From: Basidiobolus meristosporus CBS 931.73
Lineage: Eukaryota; Fungi; Basidiobolomycota
Length of the DNA: 64,000 nucleotides
Reading direction: 5' to 3'
NCBI GenBank assembly: GCA_002104905.1
Contig: MCFE01000162.1
Location: 84,956 to 148,955 of the forward strand
The position numbers and the translations under genes are program-made. The notes under the pieces were generated by a model that worked only from the letters and a program-made list of their open reading frames with translations, was not told the origin of the DNA and ran no database searches. Within the stretch, counting starts at the first letter, position 1; every line of letters starts with the position of its first letter. Below are positions 1 through 12,298 of the stretch, in pieces.

Positions 1-547
1 GGGTTTGGCTAAAAAGGCAACTGAGTGGGTTTGCTATGCAGACTAGGCTTGGTGTTTATAGAATGCTAGATACGCTAGGCTTATGTAGAAACTAGAATGC
101 AATTGTTGAAATCTCAATTTTGCTGAGACACAATCTTAATTTTGCTGAGAGACACATCAAAACCAAAGGTTTAATATCCTTTATTTATACTTTTCTGATC
201 AAGTTGAATTAGTAAATGCCAAGAGAGTTGGCTAGTCAAGATCTGTTGGGGTATTTATAGGTGCATACAATAAATGAAAATTGCATCATTTATCAGCTGA
301 TGCCTGGCAACTGCTAAGTGGTTGGATAGATCTCAGATGACTAACCACTTGGAAATGCTTAGCAGATCAGTTAAGGATGTGATGACCACATGGAAATTGA
401 TCAGGTGTGGCAGCTTAAATAGACCATGAGAAGGGATAAAATAAATCATAACTGGGATTAGTTATATTTGGGTTAGGGAAAATCAACTAGAGTACTAGAT
501 TTTCCAAAGAGTAAAATTAGCTGAGTTTTAAGTGTTGATGCACAATA
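1..547 (-). mobile_element. LTR of the ~697-bp family, truncated by window start
   Basis: Colinear with 1305-1855 and the reverse complement of 49061/51607 copies; ends TGTTGATGCACAATA (terminal CA changed to TA). Confidence 0.85.
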
Positions 548-599
548 GTATGTATGACCATGCCTTTGCCTTTACATGTGATGATTCTCATTAAACAAG

Positions 600-1150
600 T
601 ACTCTACCAGCAAATCCTGCTGGCCACTGATTCTCAGCAACCTGAATTTACTGCCTATGTTAAAGTATCAGAGCAGAAATATGATGGTAGTCTTGCTGGT
701 ATCTGGGCCTGAATTACCTTCCAACCTGGATAGATACCTGTATCTGTTGCTGGATGAGTTTTGCATGCTTTCCAGCAGGATACTACCAAATGCCATCACA
801 TTAAACCACATACTAGACTTGTTCTGTTGAATAGTTCCACATTGAGCCATGACTGCCAAATGATGCCATAGTGTGCCAGGGAGTCCAAGTGAACCTATAC
901 TTGGCAACACAGTGTGAAACATAGCTCTGCATCTACATGCAGAGCCACCCCTATGTTTCACCTGTTGTGCTGAAGAAAATCCATTTTTTGACCTTTTTTT
1001 TGGGATCAATGTTGTGCAGGATGTGTAAGAGCACAAAAGAATTGACAACATGCATCTGGTACTCAATGCACATGGCACTCTGAATCTAGCTCCTGTGACC
1101 TGTATCATGACACAAAAATGCATGGCACTATTTTGGCTCACTTGTACTAG
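600..1150 (+). mobile_element. Degenerate CACTA/EnSpm-like (Tnp2-type) transposase remnant
   Basis: Plus frame reads NMMVVLLVSGPELPSNLDRYLYLLLDEFCML, resembling the Tnp2 motif (lvgiipGPkeP.dl..fL.plvdEl); multiple stops; a homologous stretch lies inverted at ~2975-3640. Confidence 0.4.
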
Positions 1151-1157
1151 CTGGCAC

Positions 1158-1855
1158 TGCTATATCCAAGAGAAAAGTGTAATAAAACTCTTGAATGAGT
1201 TATCTGAACCTAAGTGACAACTGAGTGCAGAATCTTGAAACTGTTAAGGGTGACAGAAATATTAGTAGAGAAGTTCTGGTCTAATGTTGGTTTTGTATAT
1301 AGTTGAGTTGGGCTATAAAGGCAACAGGACTGGTTTGCTATACAGGCTAGGCTTGGTGTTCTTGGGAATGCTAGATATGCTAGGCTTGGGTGGAAACTAG
1401 AACAGAATTGTTGAATTCTTAATTTTGTTGAGGCACAATCTTAACTTCGTTGATACACACACTAAGCCAAAAGGTTCAGTAATCTTTATTTATACTTTTC
1501 TGATCAAGTTGAATTGGTAAGCACCAAGAGACTGGACTAATTGAAATCTGTTGGGGTGATGATAGGTGTATAAGAGAAATGAAAGTTCCATCATTAATCA
1601 GCTGATGTCTTGGGAACCACTAAGTGGTTGGATAGATCTCATATGACCAATCCTTTGGAAAGGCTTAGCAGATCAGTTGAGGAGGTAATGACCACTTGAA
1701 AACTGATCAGGTGGTACAGCTAAAAATAGATTCTGAGAAGTGATAAAATAAACCATAACAGGGATTAGTTATGTTTGGGTTAGGGAAAATCAGTAAGGGT
1801 ACTAGATTTTCTAACAGAGTGAAATTGGCTAAGTTTTAGATGTTGATGCACAACA
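1158..1855 (-). mobile_element. Solo LTR (698 bp) with 5-bp TSD GGCAC
   Basis: TG...CA termini; GGCAC at 1153-1157 and 1856-1860; homologous to three other copies. Confidence 0.92.
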
Positions 1856-2974
1856 GGCACTAAACTTAAATATTAGCCCTAACATTAAACTGGTACAAAG
1901 CACTTATAAGTGCTAGATAATACCAGTGAAGCAAGATAGTACCATGCATTTTTGTGACATGATACAAGCTACAGGAGCTAGATTCAGAGTGCCATGGGTA
2001 TTGAGTACCTGATGCAGGTCTGCAGTCCTTCTGCGCTATAGTGGGGTCACAGTGACACCCACTGACTGATGTGCTCATTCCCATATTCTCCACTCTCCTA
2101 TTTCTCCACTACACTTATTTTAGTTTTATCCCATTTGTCTTACCTGATTAGTACTATCCCATAAGCTGGTTGACTATCACTCCTGCTTACCTTATTGCAT
2201 AAGTTATCCCTCACTTTATGTAAGATTACTAGCAGTAAGTGCTGCTATAATAGGGAAGTACCCACACCAGTACCTGTGACACATGATCAACCTGTGTCAC
2301 CATCCCTAACATTTCCATACCATATATGATATCCCTATTTTACACAGGTTTCAGAGTACTGATTCCTGATTGGTAGGATGAGCTGCACCTTGTAGAACCT
2401 TCCAGTACCTACTTACAATACTCTTGGGTCATTCTGATGTCATTAAGATTGCTATTGATATCCAGAACCTTCTGGAACACCATGATTAGTAATCACTTAG
2501 TCAGTAAGAAGAGTATATAAGGGAGGCTATCCCTTGACAATAAACCATCATCCCTTTTATCAATATACCAACTTGTTGATTAGTGTGATCACTGCTACCT
2601 GCTGCTACCTGAAGTTCCAACCCTAGACCACTGGACACTCCCAGGAAACCACACTGACAGCCAACTGACCTTGGAGGCACTACTTGTGAGGCACACTCAG
2701 AGTAGGTATCTTTTATTATAATTGATTCTTTCCCAAGTTTGCTCTTGTACAGGCAAAGATACTTTTCTGTCTTTGTAACTATTGACCACAGCTGCATTCT
2801 TATCAAGTCCCTGCTGGTGGAGTTTACAGTTTTTTTGACTTTTGAAGCTTTAGTATATTGTCATCTCAAAGGATGCTGAGCCCAGCACATACTTTTGTTA
2901 AGACACCAACTAAGTTAGGGATTGTAGCTCAGTAGTTTTCCCTTGGCAAGCTTGTGGCTTTATTCCCCATCACA

Positions 2975-3640
2975 TTAGATTAGAGACAGAACCCAATTAT
3001 TCCTAGCAAGCTTTTGCCAGAGGTTATTGCACTCAGTGAGCACCCCACACACAAAACACTTGAGAAGTGCTGGATGTATCTTTCCCTTGGACTTATACAC
3101 CACCACAGTGCTCTTACACATCCAGCACAACAATGATCCAAAAAAGGTCCAAAATGGATTTTTGCCAGAATAATGGGTGAAACACAGGGGCTGCTTTGAA
3201 TGAAGATGAAGATCTATGTTGCACACTCTGTGGCCAAGTTTAAGTCTGCTATGCCTCTCTGGTACATAATAGCACTATTTAGCACTAATGGTTCAATGTA
3301 GCACTATCTAACAGAACAAGTCTATTATATTTGCATAGGAGATACACCAGCCATCAGCAAGAGTGCCAGCTTTTCTGAGCACAATGGAAGGTATAGCTGT
3401 TGAATGTGCAAAATTTAGGGGATTTACTCCATTACTCACACACATTATTGTTGTCCAAGCACCAACACTAAGAACATCATCTTCCCACAAAGGGAAGATA
3501 CAGAAGTCAGCATGCAATTGTAGCAGAGTTAGCAAGCTATATGCCATTGGCTGTGATATAGATTTAATTGGAAACCAGAGATACCTAAGATAGAAGGTAT
3601 CTATTGAAGCAAAAGCTTTCCACTGGGAGCAATGCATTAC
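2975..3640 (-). mobile_element. Second degenerate copy of the CACTA-like transposase remnant
   Basis: Minus translation (IIDLFC; IDLHLHSKQPLCF...KNPFWTFFG) aligns by eye with 600-1050 plus (ILDLFC; IALHLHAEPPLCF...ENPFFDLFFG). Confidence 0.4.
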
Positions 3641-4214
3641 TTGTCAACAATATCCCTACACTAATGACCAACCTGTACAAGGGGCATTTCAAGCTAAACA
3701 AGTTATGTAAGATATCACAGAAATTTTACAGAATTGGCAAGATATTAAAGAGTATTTGCTGCTCAGAGTACTTCTCATGGGTTCCAATCAAGATTAATAA
3801 GAATATGTGACAATACAAATGCAAGGACTGGATGAATGGAATATGTACTTATTTAAGTGGCCTTCTAAAGTCATTTCTATCAAGAGTGCATTGCAAGCAT
3901 TGCAAGGCATATGATGCTGTTGTAGGAGTGTCTATCCAGAAGTAGATTACCAATGCTAGCTTGACACATCTACAGCTTTTATGCAAGGAGTTTGTGACAA
4001 GATTTGAGTGACTGTATTTTATGCATAATGCTAAATGCATAGTTCTCTGCTACACTAGTCAATACGGAGTCCACACAAACAAGAGCCAGAGCACTCCTAT
4101 AAGGGGGACTAGAATCCAGCAGGGAGAAGCAATATATTGGTTAATTACTAAGTAGCTCTTTGCAGAAATTCAAGAGGTATTCATGGCAAAGGTGGTGGTA
4201 ACCAAGCATATGTT

Positions 4215-5204
4215 CCCTATGAAAAAAAAATTAAGAAAAGGCCAGCAGAATAACGTCATAAGATCAGCTGAATTCCAAGTTTCTCAAATTTGATAACTAT
4301 CATTATCTCATGTACTAGCAGTTGGACAGACAAGCAGACATATTTTCCAAGAGGAGACTAGGCCAACCAGGATTCATACCAAATTTGATGATTAGCTGCC
4401 CACTGCTTCCATCAGAAATTGCAACTGGATATTTTAACAAAAAACACTTGCTGAATACCAGCTGAATACTGTAAGAATACCAGCAAAGTACTGGCCAAAA
4501 ATCAGATGAATTCCAAGTTTGAGATTTTTTGTAGCAATTTGCAAGATGTACATGTTACTGGTAATGCAAGGTATATGGGAACTCTGCAAGTATTACTCCA
4601 AAAATCTGTAAAGATGAGGTGATAGAAGTATGTCAATTGCAGTAAATGTGAGTATATGTAGAGGTTAGTAAGCAGAAGGCCATAATTTTATTTGATTCAA
4701 TCAATATGTGGGATATTGCTGGTAGTAGTGGGTAAGCAAACAAAGATGGGTGATTCTACAATGGTAATATGAATGGTGCAAGAGGAGGTATAAAAAGGAA
4801 ATACCATTTGGTATATTGGTATAGTAGCAGTATGAAGAACTAGCTGTAGGCCACTGTATTGCCATAATAATGCCAACAGAGGCTTGCAATGAGGCCATCA
4901 GAATACTGCCAAGTTTCTTGCCATATAAATCAATTGGATGTATTGAACAGTTAGGTCTACTCAATCCAATGCATCAAGACTGTTAGAATGCCATGCAATT
5001 CTTGTCAAAAGTATGCTAAAACACCTTCAAGTTTTAAGCTTTATTTTGGCAGTAAAATCAGCAAAGCACCATCATGATCCTGTTATAAGATTGCGTAGAG
5101 GGTCAATAACTCCAAGCTGCTGGAATTATGGTAGACTCTTTGCAGGATCCTGATGGCTGATGTTGATTGGATCCACCCAGAGGACCAAATCATTTTTCAT
5201 AGGG
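4215..5204. mobile_element. Non-autonomous TIR element, CCCTATGAAAA...TTTTCATAGGG
   Basis: 11-bp terminal inverted repeat; TGTT on both flanks (4211-4214, 5205-5208); right end homologous to 43805-43960; part of the left interior recurs inverted at ~7560-7770. Confidence 0.7.
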
Positions 5205-5317
5205 TGTTGCCACAGCTGTATACCTTGAAGATGGAAGCTATATCAGAATACCTCATGATTCTACTCTGTTTTAGGCATGGTATGTATACATATCAAGTAA
5301 AGAACATATAGGAATAT

Positions 5318-5620
5318 TTGTTGTAAAAATTTGTAATTCCACCTAAATATTGACCTAACTTAGTCACTTAGATCATTTCCTTCAAATCCTAGAGAATACT
5401 GACCAAATTCGTTGTCAGGATTTACTTCCAATATTTTCACCCAAATACCAGGTACCCAGAACATAAAAATTCTCAAAGTTGTCCAAACAGCCCCAACCTT
5501 TGCACACATGTTCTTGGGACCTTCCTTAACCTATTTTATGTTTTTGTAATGCCAAGACCATGTAAGAGTATAAATACTACTTTTACATTCAATAAACAAT
5601 TAAGTGAAAACCACATAATC
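5318..5620 (+). repeat. Dispersed repeat family X
   Basis: Reverse-complement homology to 42715-43020; weaker similarity at ~38560-38700. Confidence 0.7.
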
Positions 5621-6169
5621 TACTTGCCCTCCCAGTCACTTCCAATATTGCCAAGACTTTTACAAAAATATTTGGGTTTACAGCATAGGCCAATAAACTG
5701 CCTGAAAATTAGTCAAAATTTCAGCCGAAAAGTGTTAATGCATATATTTGGGCTACAGCAATGAGAGTAAGGCATACAGACTCTATAATACCAAATAAAC
5801 AAAACTGAACAAGTCCAGGCATCTGTCTTCTGATGATAATTTAGATTTCTACAAATAACAATATCAGATGATTAAATATCTGATCTTAAGTCCACCAATA
5901 GTAAGGACTGGGTTAGAGCAAAACAATGAAAATTTTCACTCCAGAGGACTCTACAACAAGGGTTCAGCCTGAATCAGTGCCCAGGAATATCCCAGAAGTG
6001 CTCATTCCAGTAGTATAAACCAGGAGATCTAACTGAACCCAAAATAGCCCAATTTACTATATCAATGATGGTATAAACTTAGCCTATGCCTATTAAGGCC
6101 ATATTGTTGAGCCCCAAATTGTAAAAGAGGCACCATATAGCTCTCAGATAAAGTTTTGGAGATCTGCAA

Positions 6170-7140
6170 TGACTGAGTAGTATCAGGCTCTTATGGAAAG
6201 CCAAACTTGAGACTTGGTTATATTACCAATTGACCAGAAATTGCTTGGATGCAGATGGGACTTCAGGACAAAATGCAAGGCTGATGGTACAATTGAAAGA
6301 AAAAAAAACAAGGCTTGTGACCAAAAGATACTCTCAAACATAAGGACTTGACTGTACTAACACCTTTGCACTGGTTGCCAAGTTTAATTTCATCATATTA
6401 ATATTGGCTATTGCAGTCAAATATAAGTTTTTATTCAGTGGATGGATGTAAAAGCTGCATTTTTGAATGGAAAACTTGATGAGAGTTTGTACATAGACTA
6501 TCCTGATGGGCTTACTTATCAAGATAACCCTTATTTGGCCTGCAAGCTAAAAAAGTATCTATATGACCTGAGACAATCACCAAGAACCTAAACTAAATGA
6601 TTAACTCTTATTTGGAATCATTGAGTTTCTAAAGGAGTACTGCTGACTAAAATTACTCCTATAAGCCAGATAGAGCAAGCCCAGGTCTATCAGCTCTATA
6701 TGTGGATGATCTTACTATAGCCACCAATAACCAATAAACATTGGAAGAGACTAAATGCAACCTATTTAAGGAGTTCAAGATGTCCAAGCCCAGTTACTAC
6801 TTAGAGATAAGTTCTCCATATGCAGCAGTACCCTCACTATCACCCTAAGCCAATCCAAGTATATTAAGGATATACTACAGAAGTACCAAATGGAAAACTG
6901 TAAACTAGCAACTACTCCAATGGATACAAACCTCAGCTTGGTCAAAACTAAACCAAATCACAAAAACTTGGTGCCATTTGAAAGCCCTGACTTTCCTTAT
7001 CAGTCTATGGATGGCAGTCTGATGTATATCATACATATTTTTCCAATCACTTCCAACATCTCCAGGACTCTTACAATTCAAATGAGCATTCAGATTTTGG
7101 GCCAACATTGCTGTGCCAAGGACATATTGCAGGAATACTA
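6170..7140 (+). mobile_element. Ty1/copia reverse transcriptase remnant (pseudogenised)
   Basis: Motifs LGCRWDFRTKCKADGTIER, TFALVAKF, DVKAAFLNGKLDESLY and LYVDDL; frameshifts and stops. Confidence 0.88.
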
Positions 7141-8813
7141 GAATCTAGCAAAAGTAGAAGAGCAAGGATGCCAAAGCTTGGGAAATCTGAGGTGCAATTT
7201 CTTTCAAACAATTGTTGTATGGTGCCCTGATGGCACTGTGACAATTATTGCTCATAGGGTGCAGAAAATAATTGCCGCTACATTAGTGGCCTCATGGAGG
7301 ACATCTCAGAAATTGAGGTTAAGTACTTATGAGTATAATGCTAAGTAGGGCTTTTTCACATCTTGTCATCACACACATGCATTGACTTCAGCTTAGTAAT
7401 CAGAGCATTACTTATGGAGCTCCAGACAGTAATATTTACTTTTAGGAGAGCTATGTAAGACTAGTAATATAACTCTATGAAAAGTCTCAAGCTCAGTTGT
7501 CATCTGATCTTTGCTGGTATTTTGCTGGCATCCAGCTGGTGTTTTTCTACAAATTTTTAGTTGCAAGTTTTGCTGAAAGTGGTGAGTAGCTGATTACCAG
7601 ATTTGATATGAATGCTAGCTGGACTAGTCTCCTCCTGGAAACTATGTCTGCTTGTCTACCAAATAGCAAGTACCTGAGAAATTGAGAGTTATGAGTGTAA
7701 ATCATGTTGGAAATCATCTAATATTGATATTGTATTCTGCCTGCCACTTGATTTTTTCTCTCAGAGTAAGTGTATAAGAAAAGTCCCAAAATATGGTGTG
7801 CAAGGACTGAGGGCTTTAGGATTGGCTTGGAAAGTCTGGATAACTCTTGAACCTTTACTATTTCTGAGAATTAGTGAGCATCTTACAAGCTAAATTCCAA
7901 GTGTAAACTGATAAATTAGCAACAGGCTGCCTAGAATCTTAAGGCAAATGAGTGATTTATATGCAAAGTAAACATTTGCATAATACTTTCACCAGGTTCA
8001 GATTTGTACCAGTAAGAGACAAATCCATTTACTGACTGACCACTATGCAAGCTGCCAATGGTTGGCCTGGCCCTTGTACTGATGGGTAATAGAATGCAGG
8101 ATCACATCTGACAATACACTCCTAGTAGGGTTTTCTAAGGTAACTCCCCCACCAGATGTAGCAACCTGGCAGAGGCTTGAACTCCACCATAAGCTAAAAA
8201 TTTGCCATTGGACATGTTATGCTAGCATGCAATATGGTCACCACCAATGTGAGCTGTCACTCCCAACCTATTCCAAAGAAACCGCAATGGGATTGCTGAA
8301 CCATAAGGAAGACATTACTTGAGTCAAAGGAGCATATAAAGAGTCCCCTCGCCACAAGCCACTGATTGGCCACCAGCCCAAATACATGCACCTCTATATG
8401 ACCCACTTGGCAGGGATTAGCAATCATAGTTGGCGTAGATATATACCCAGAGAACTCCTGACCAAAACCCCCAAGGAGGCAGCTGATCTTCCACAACCAG
8501 AGAGGAATAATGGGTGCCTTTGCAAAACATCATGTCCTACAGTATCATCACGAAGATTTGAAACAAGGGACTCCTGCAGAACGGTGCGCGTCACCGGTCG
8601 ATGATTCCCCGCCCGTCTGAGGTAACGGTATATGGGTGACCGTGTTTCATACAAGACGCCCCTGGGTTGGGATCACCAATGATTTCAAGGACGTTTATTG
8701 GGAGCGTTTGGCAGGCACTCGGTACGGACCGAATCAATGGGATCCATGATATTGGAGGCGATCGATTGGCCCAGTAGAAGCCACTCAGCGCACGCGAATA
8801 TACGAGGGCCAGG

Positions 8814-9359
8814 TCAGACACTGATGCTCTTGGGCAATCCATGCTTGAACCATCGCTCCTCATCAGAGATGGCGACGTCATTCCCGGACATTTGACGACG
8901 ATACATCAGGCCATCCTCGTTGAAAGACCAGTGCTCGATACCGTATGCTGGTAACTGGAAATTAGCAAAAGAGGGGAGACGAACGGACCAGGTGGGGCGC
9001 ATATTACCTCTGTACCATTGACCCTGCGCATCATGGAACTCGTACCAAAACTGAACGGCGATCCGATTGTCACGGAAAGCAAACAGTTCTTTCTTCAGGC
9101 GGTAGCCATGCTCTTTCAGCCATTTCCGAGTCAGGAACTCGCGGATCGCTTCCCTTCCGGTAAAGAACTCGTCCCTATTTCTCCATCTACCGAGGTGTTA
9201 GCTGAAAGGGTTCGTTTCGTATGTCCCCCACCGCACCTACTCGGAATCCTCTGTGTATGCCAGTGCGACTCTCTCAGGGTCTCGCGTGTTCCACAGGTCC
9301 TCGGCAAGTTGGACCTTCTGTCTGGCGGTTTCCTCCGTAAACGGTGGCTTCAGCGACAT
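8814..9359 (-). CDS. DUF1348 / SnoaL-like (NTF2-fold) protein, 2 introns
   Basis: Spliced translation [62 protein letters not shown]...[27 protein letters not shown]; GT-AG introns restore the frame. Confidence 0.9.
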
Positions 9360-10662
9360 CTGTGTGGTGTACTGTTATGGAGACCAGGGGTGCTTGAAGG
9401 TATAAATACTGGCTCATGTGCGTGGAGATTGCAGAGGTGATTTATGATTCAGCTGAATCGATGACCGCTTTCTGGATCGACTACATCCTCATCCACACCA
9501 TTGGACCAGCTTGGACAACACTGTGAGACACCAGGGTTTACTAATGCTAGCTACCTCGCTAATGCGACGCCCAGTCGCCCAAGACAAAAGGATTTGTCCC
9601 AGAGCGAGATCACTGATTGCTGGGCATGGATACGTGCCTTCGTGGTTGATTATCAGTATAATCCACCTACCGATAGCTTCCTAGTACCAAGCACCTCATT
9701 TGGCCGGCAGCCGATCTGGCTCCTGATAAGCCTCCGATGGATCCAGAGATCCAGATCATCTCGGGTGACGCCTTGGGATAGGCAGTATTCGCAGCCATGG
9801 AGGCTGATGGAAATAGAAAGAGACAGCTCAACACCAGCAGCACTCATCGATGCATCATCATATGATGATTTTGGGCTAATTAGTCCAGTTCCTGGCTTCG
9901 ACAAGGGGCCTCATAAGGCTTCTCCCACCAAGGGCTTAGGGCTCTCGCCAGGAGATTCGATGGGAACGGATGGACGCTCTCCACACCAATACCGGGCCAA
10001 GCCAGATGCGACCGGCAGGCTGTGGGCAGGATTTCTACAAGCAGTGCATTGGATCACCTGGAAGAGTACAATCATACCGAGGAAACTGGATTCTCAAATG
10101 CGGCGTACCAACTGATGGGAACACGGAAGTGATCAGTGCCAATTCCTCACCGGTGGCCGCTGGCTTTGTTCGCAACCCAACCAACTAGGCTCACCATGTG
10201 GTCGGTAGAATTCGCAGTGTCGAACCCATCAACCTGTTTGGCTGGAATTAGGTCTCAGTCATGCCCCACTGCTTGAAAACAATGCGTATTGTGCTCGGAT
10301 GGGTGGCCAATGAGGTGGCCCAAGAAATCATCCATCCAAGGTTGATCCACGACCATTCCAATCGCCACCGAATTCATTTGGTTCTTAGACATATATGGGA
10401 ATAGAGACTAATGAGCATCTCACAAAAACATTACCTCGAGTCGATTCACCAATGGATGTGGTACGAGTTCAGCAACCGGTACCTCGTACCGTCCCTTTCG
10501 CCACCGCTATTTATATGGGCTTGGTTTGGTGTGGAGTCGACTACATTCTTCCGTGCGACTTGTCTCGTTGCACCCGACTGAGCTTTAATCGCATTTAAGC
10601 CATCACACACACAAACCAACCCTCCCCCCCACCTCAGCTAGAATCCCTCGTGAGAGCAGAGC

Positions 10663-11744
10663 ATGTTTGGTAGGAACAACCAGAGGCCCAACTTCAGATC
10701 CTCCGGGGCTTCCTTCGGAAGTGTTTCCCACAACATCCATGCCCACCAACAACCCGGCTCCACCTTGTCCATCCAGAGCTTCCATAGCTCCGACGGGGTT
10801 GCCATGTACGATAGTCTTAACCCCATTAAGATCCCGAAGAAGCCCAAGAAGTGGACAGCCTTCAAGTGGGTGCTCTTGCTAACGAACACCGTCGTAAGTT
10901 TTCTTCATGTCGCTTGTCCAGCCTCCGTACTACATAACTCACTCGTTTCCGTGCTAGCTCATGTGTATGGGAATCGTAGGGATGGTGCTGTCCGTTCTGA
11001 CTTGGTACAAGTGTAAGTGCACCCGAACCGGTGACTCTCGCTTCTTCAGCTGACCCGACTTGAGTTCAGTGTATATCCGAGCCGCTGTTGTTTTGGTCGT
11101 GTCCAGAGGGACAGTGATCTGTAAGTAGCCCCAAGTCCCCTTTTGAGATTGGTCTGGCTAAAGACATGTCCAGTGATCACCACAGTCAGCTCCTGCGCCA
11201 TTGCCGTGGCGCTTCTCGGCTACTGTGGGATCTTTTTCAACAGTCGGAGGATCCTGACCGTGTACTCCATACTTCTGTGGCCTCTTATGGGCGGGCTTGC
11301 CTCCATAGGATACGTGACGTTCAAGTTCTCGCAGTGGAATCTAGAAGATAAGCTTCGGAGCAATTGGAAGCATGAAGTCTACTCCGTCGACGACCGGATG
11401 CGTATTCAGGCCAATGTAAGCCCAACCAAACTTCTAATGGTCCGAATCCCCTTCTTGACACCGTCTTGCTTCAACAGCTCCATTGCTGCGGCTTTGATCT
11501 GCCAAATGACGGCTCGGAAGTGATCACAAACAAGTGTCACTCCGACACGAAGGTCAAGATGTACGGCTGTCGCTACAAGCTGTTCCGGATGGTGGATACC
11601 TACCTGACAAACACCTACATCACCGCCTTCAGTTTTCTGGTCCCCCATGTGTTCATTCTTTTCGCCTCACTGCTGTGCTCCAACCACATCACCGAAAACT
11701 TCGGCACCGAACCAGCGCCCAAACTCAACTATCATCAGGAGTAG
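10663..11744 (+). CDS. Fungal tetraspanin, Tsp2-like, 3 introns
   Basis: Four hydrophobic segments; NSRRILTVYSILLWP, LHCCGF (CCG motif), GCRYKL and LLCSNHITENFG match the Tsp2 pattern. Confidence 0.8.
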
Positions 11745-12298
11745 ATGTTGGTGGTCGCTCCTGAGGCCGGGATTCGGGCCCCCCCATTGGCATCCGATCC
11801 ATAATGCACGTTCGCTCATGTATGTAAAATGACTGTAAAATTCAATTCCATGTTTGGCCCGGACCACTGTTTTGGGACTCCTTTCGTTCGCCCCCCCCCC
11901 ACTGTAACCAACATAATCCATATCTTCGAGTTGACAGCGCATCTTTTAGAACTTTTCGGATCGGTCGGACTTGGAAAAGGTCGTGTACAAGGGTACCGGA
12001 AATAAATATGTCTATCATTGAACCTTAGGCCCACCCAACACCATAGCCAATGCCGGGATGTTCGGCATGGCTGTCTGCCTGTTCGATCAGCGATGATTTT
12101 GCCCAGGAGCAATGAAGGCTCAGAACAGTTCCCCGAAACGCCCCTTGACGTTCCGGCGTGGGACAGAGGCCTACTGGTATAAATAGGGCTCTGAGGGTGC
12201 TGAAAGGTTCGCTGTTTCCCAACCACCACGTGACACGCCTGTGAGGACAAGGAAGTTTATTGCTAACTGGGAACTAGGGAGAAGAGAAGGGTAGATCA

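Noticed and set aside
2320-2960. Ty3/gypsy integrase remnant
   Set aside because: The motif resemblance was ambiguous on both strands; left as unclassified repeat DNA.
8150-8220. tRNA-like B-box (GGAGTTCAAGCC) on the minus strand
   Set aside because: A cloverleaf could not be built; at most a decayed tRNA-derived fragment.
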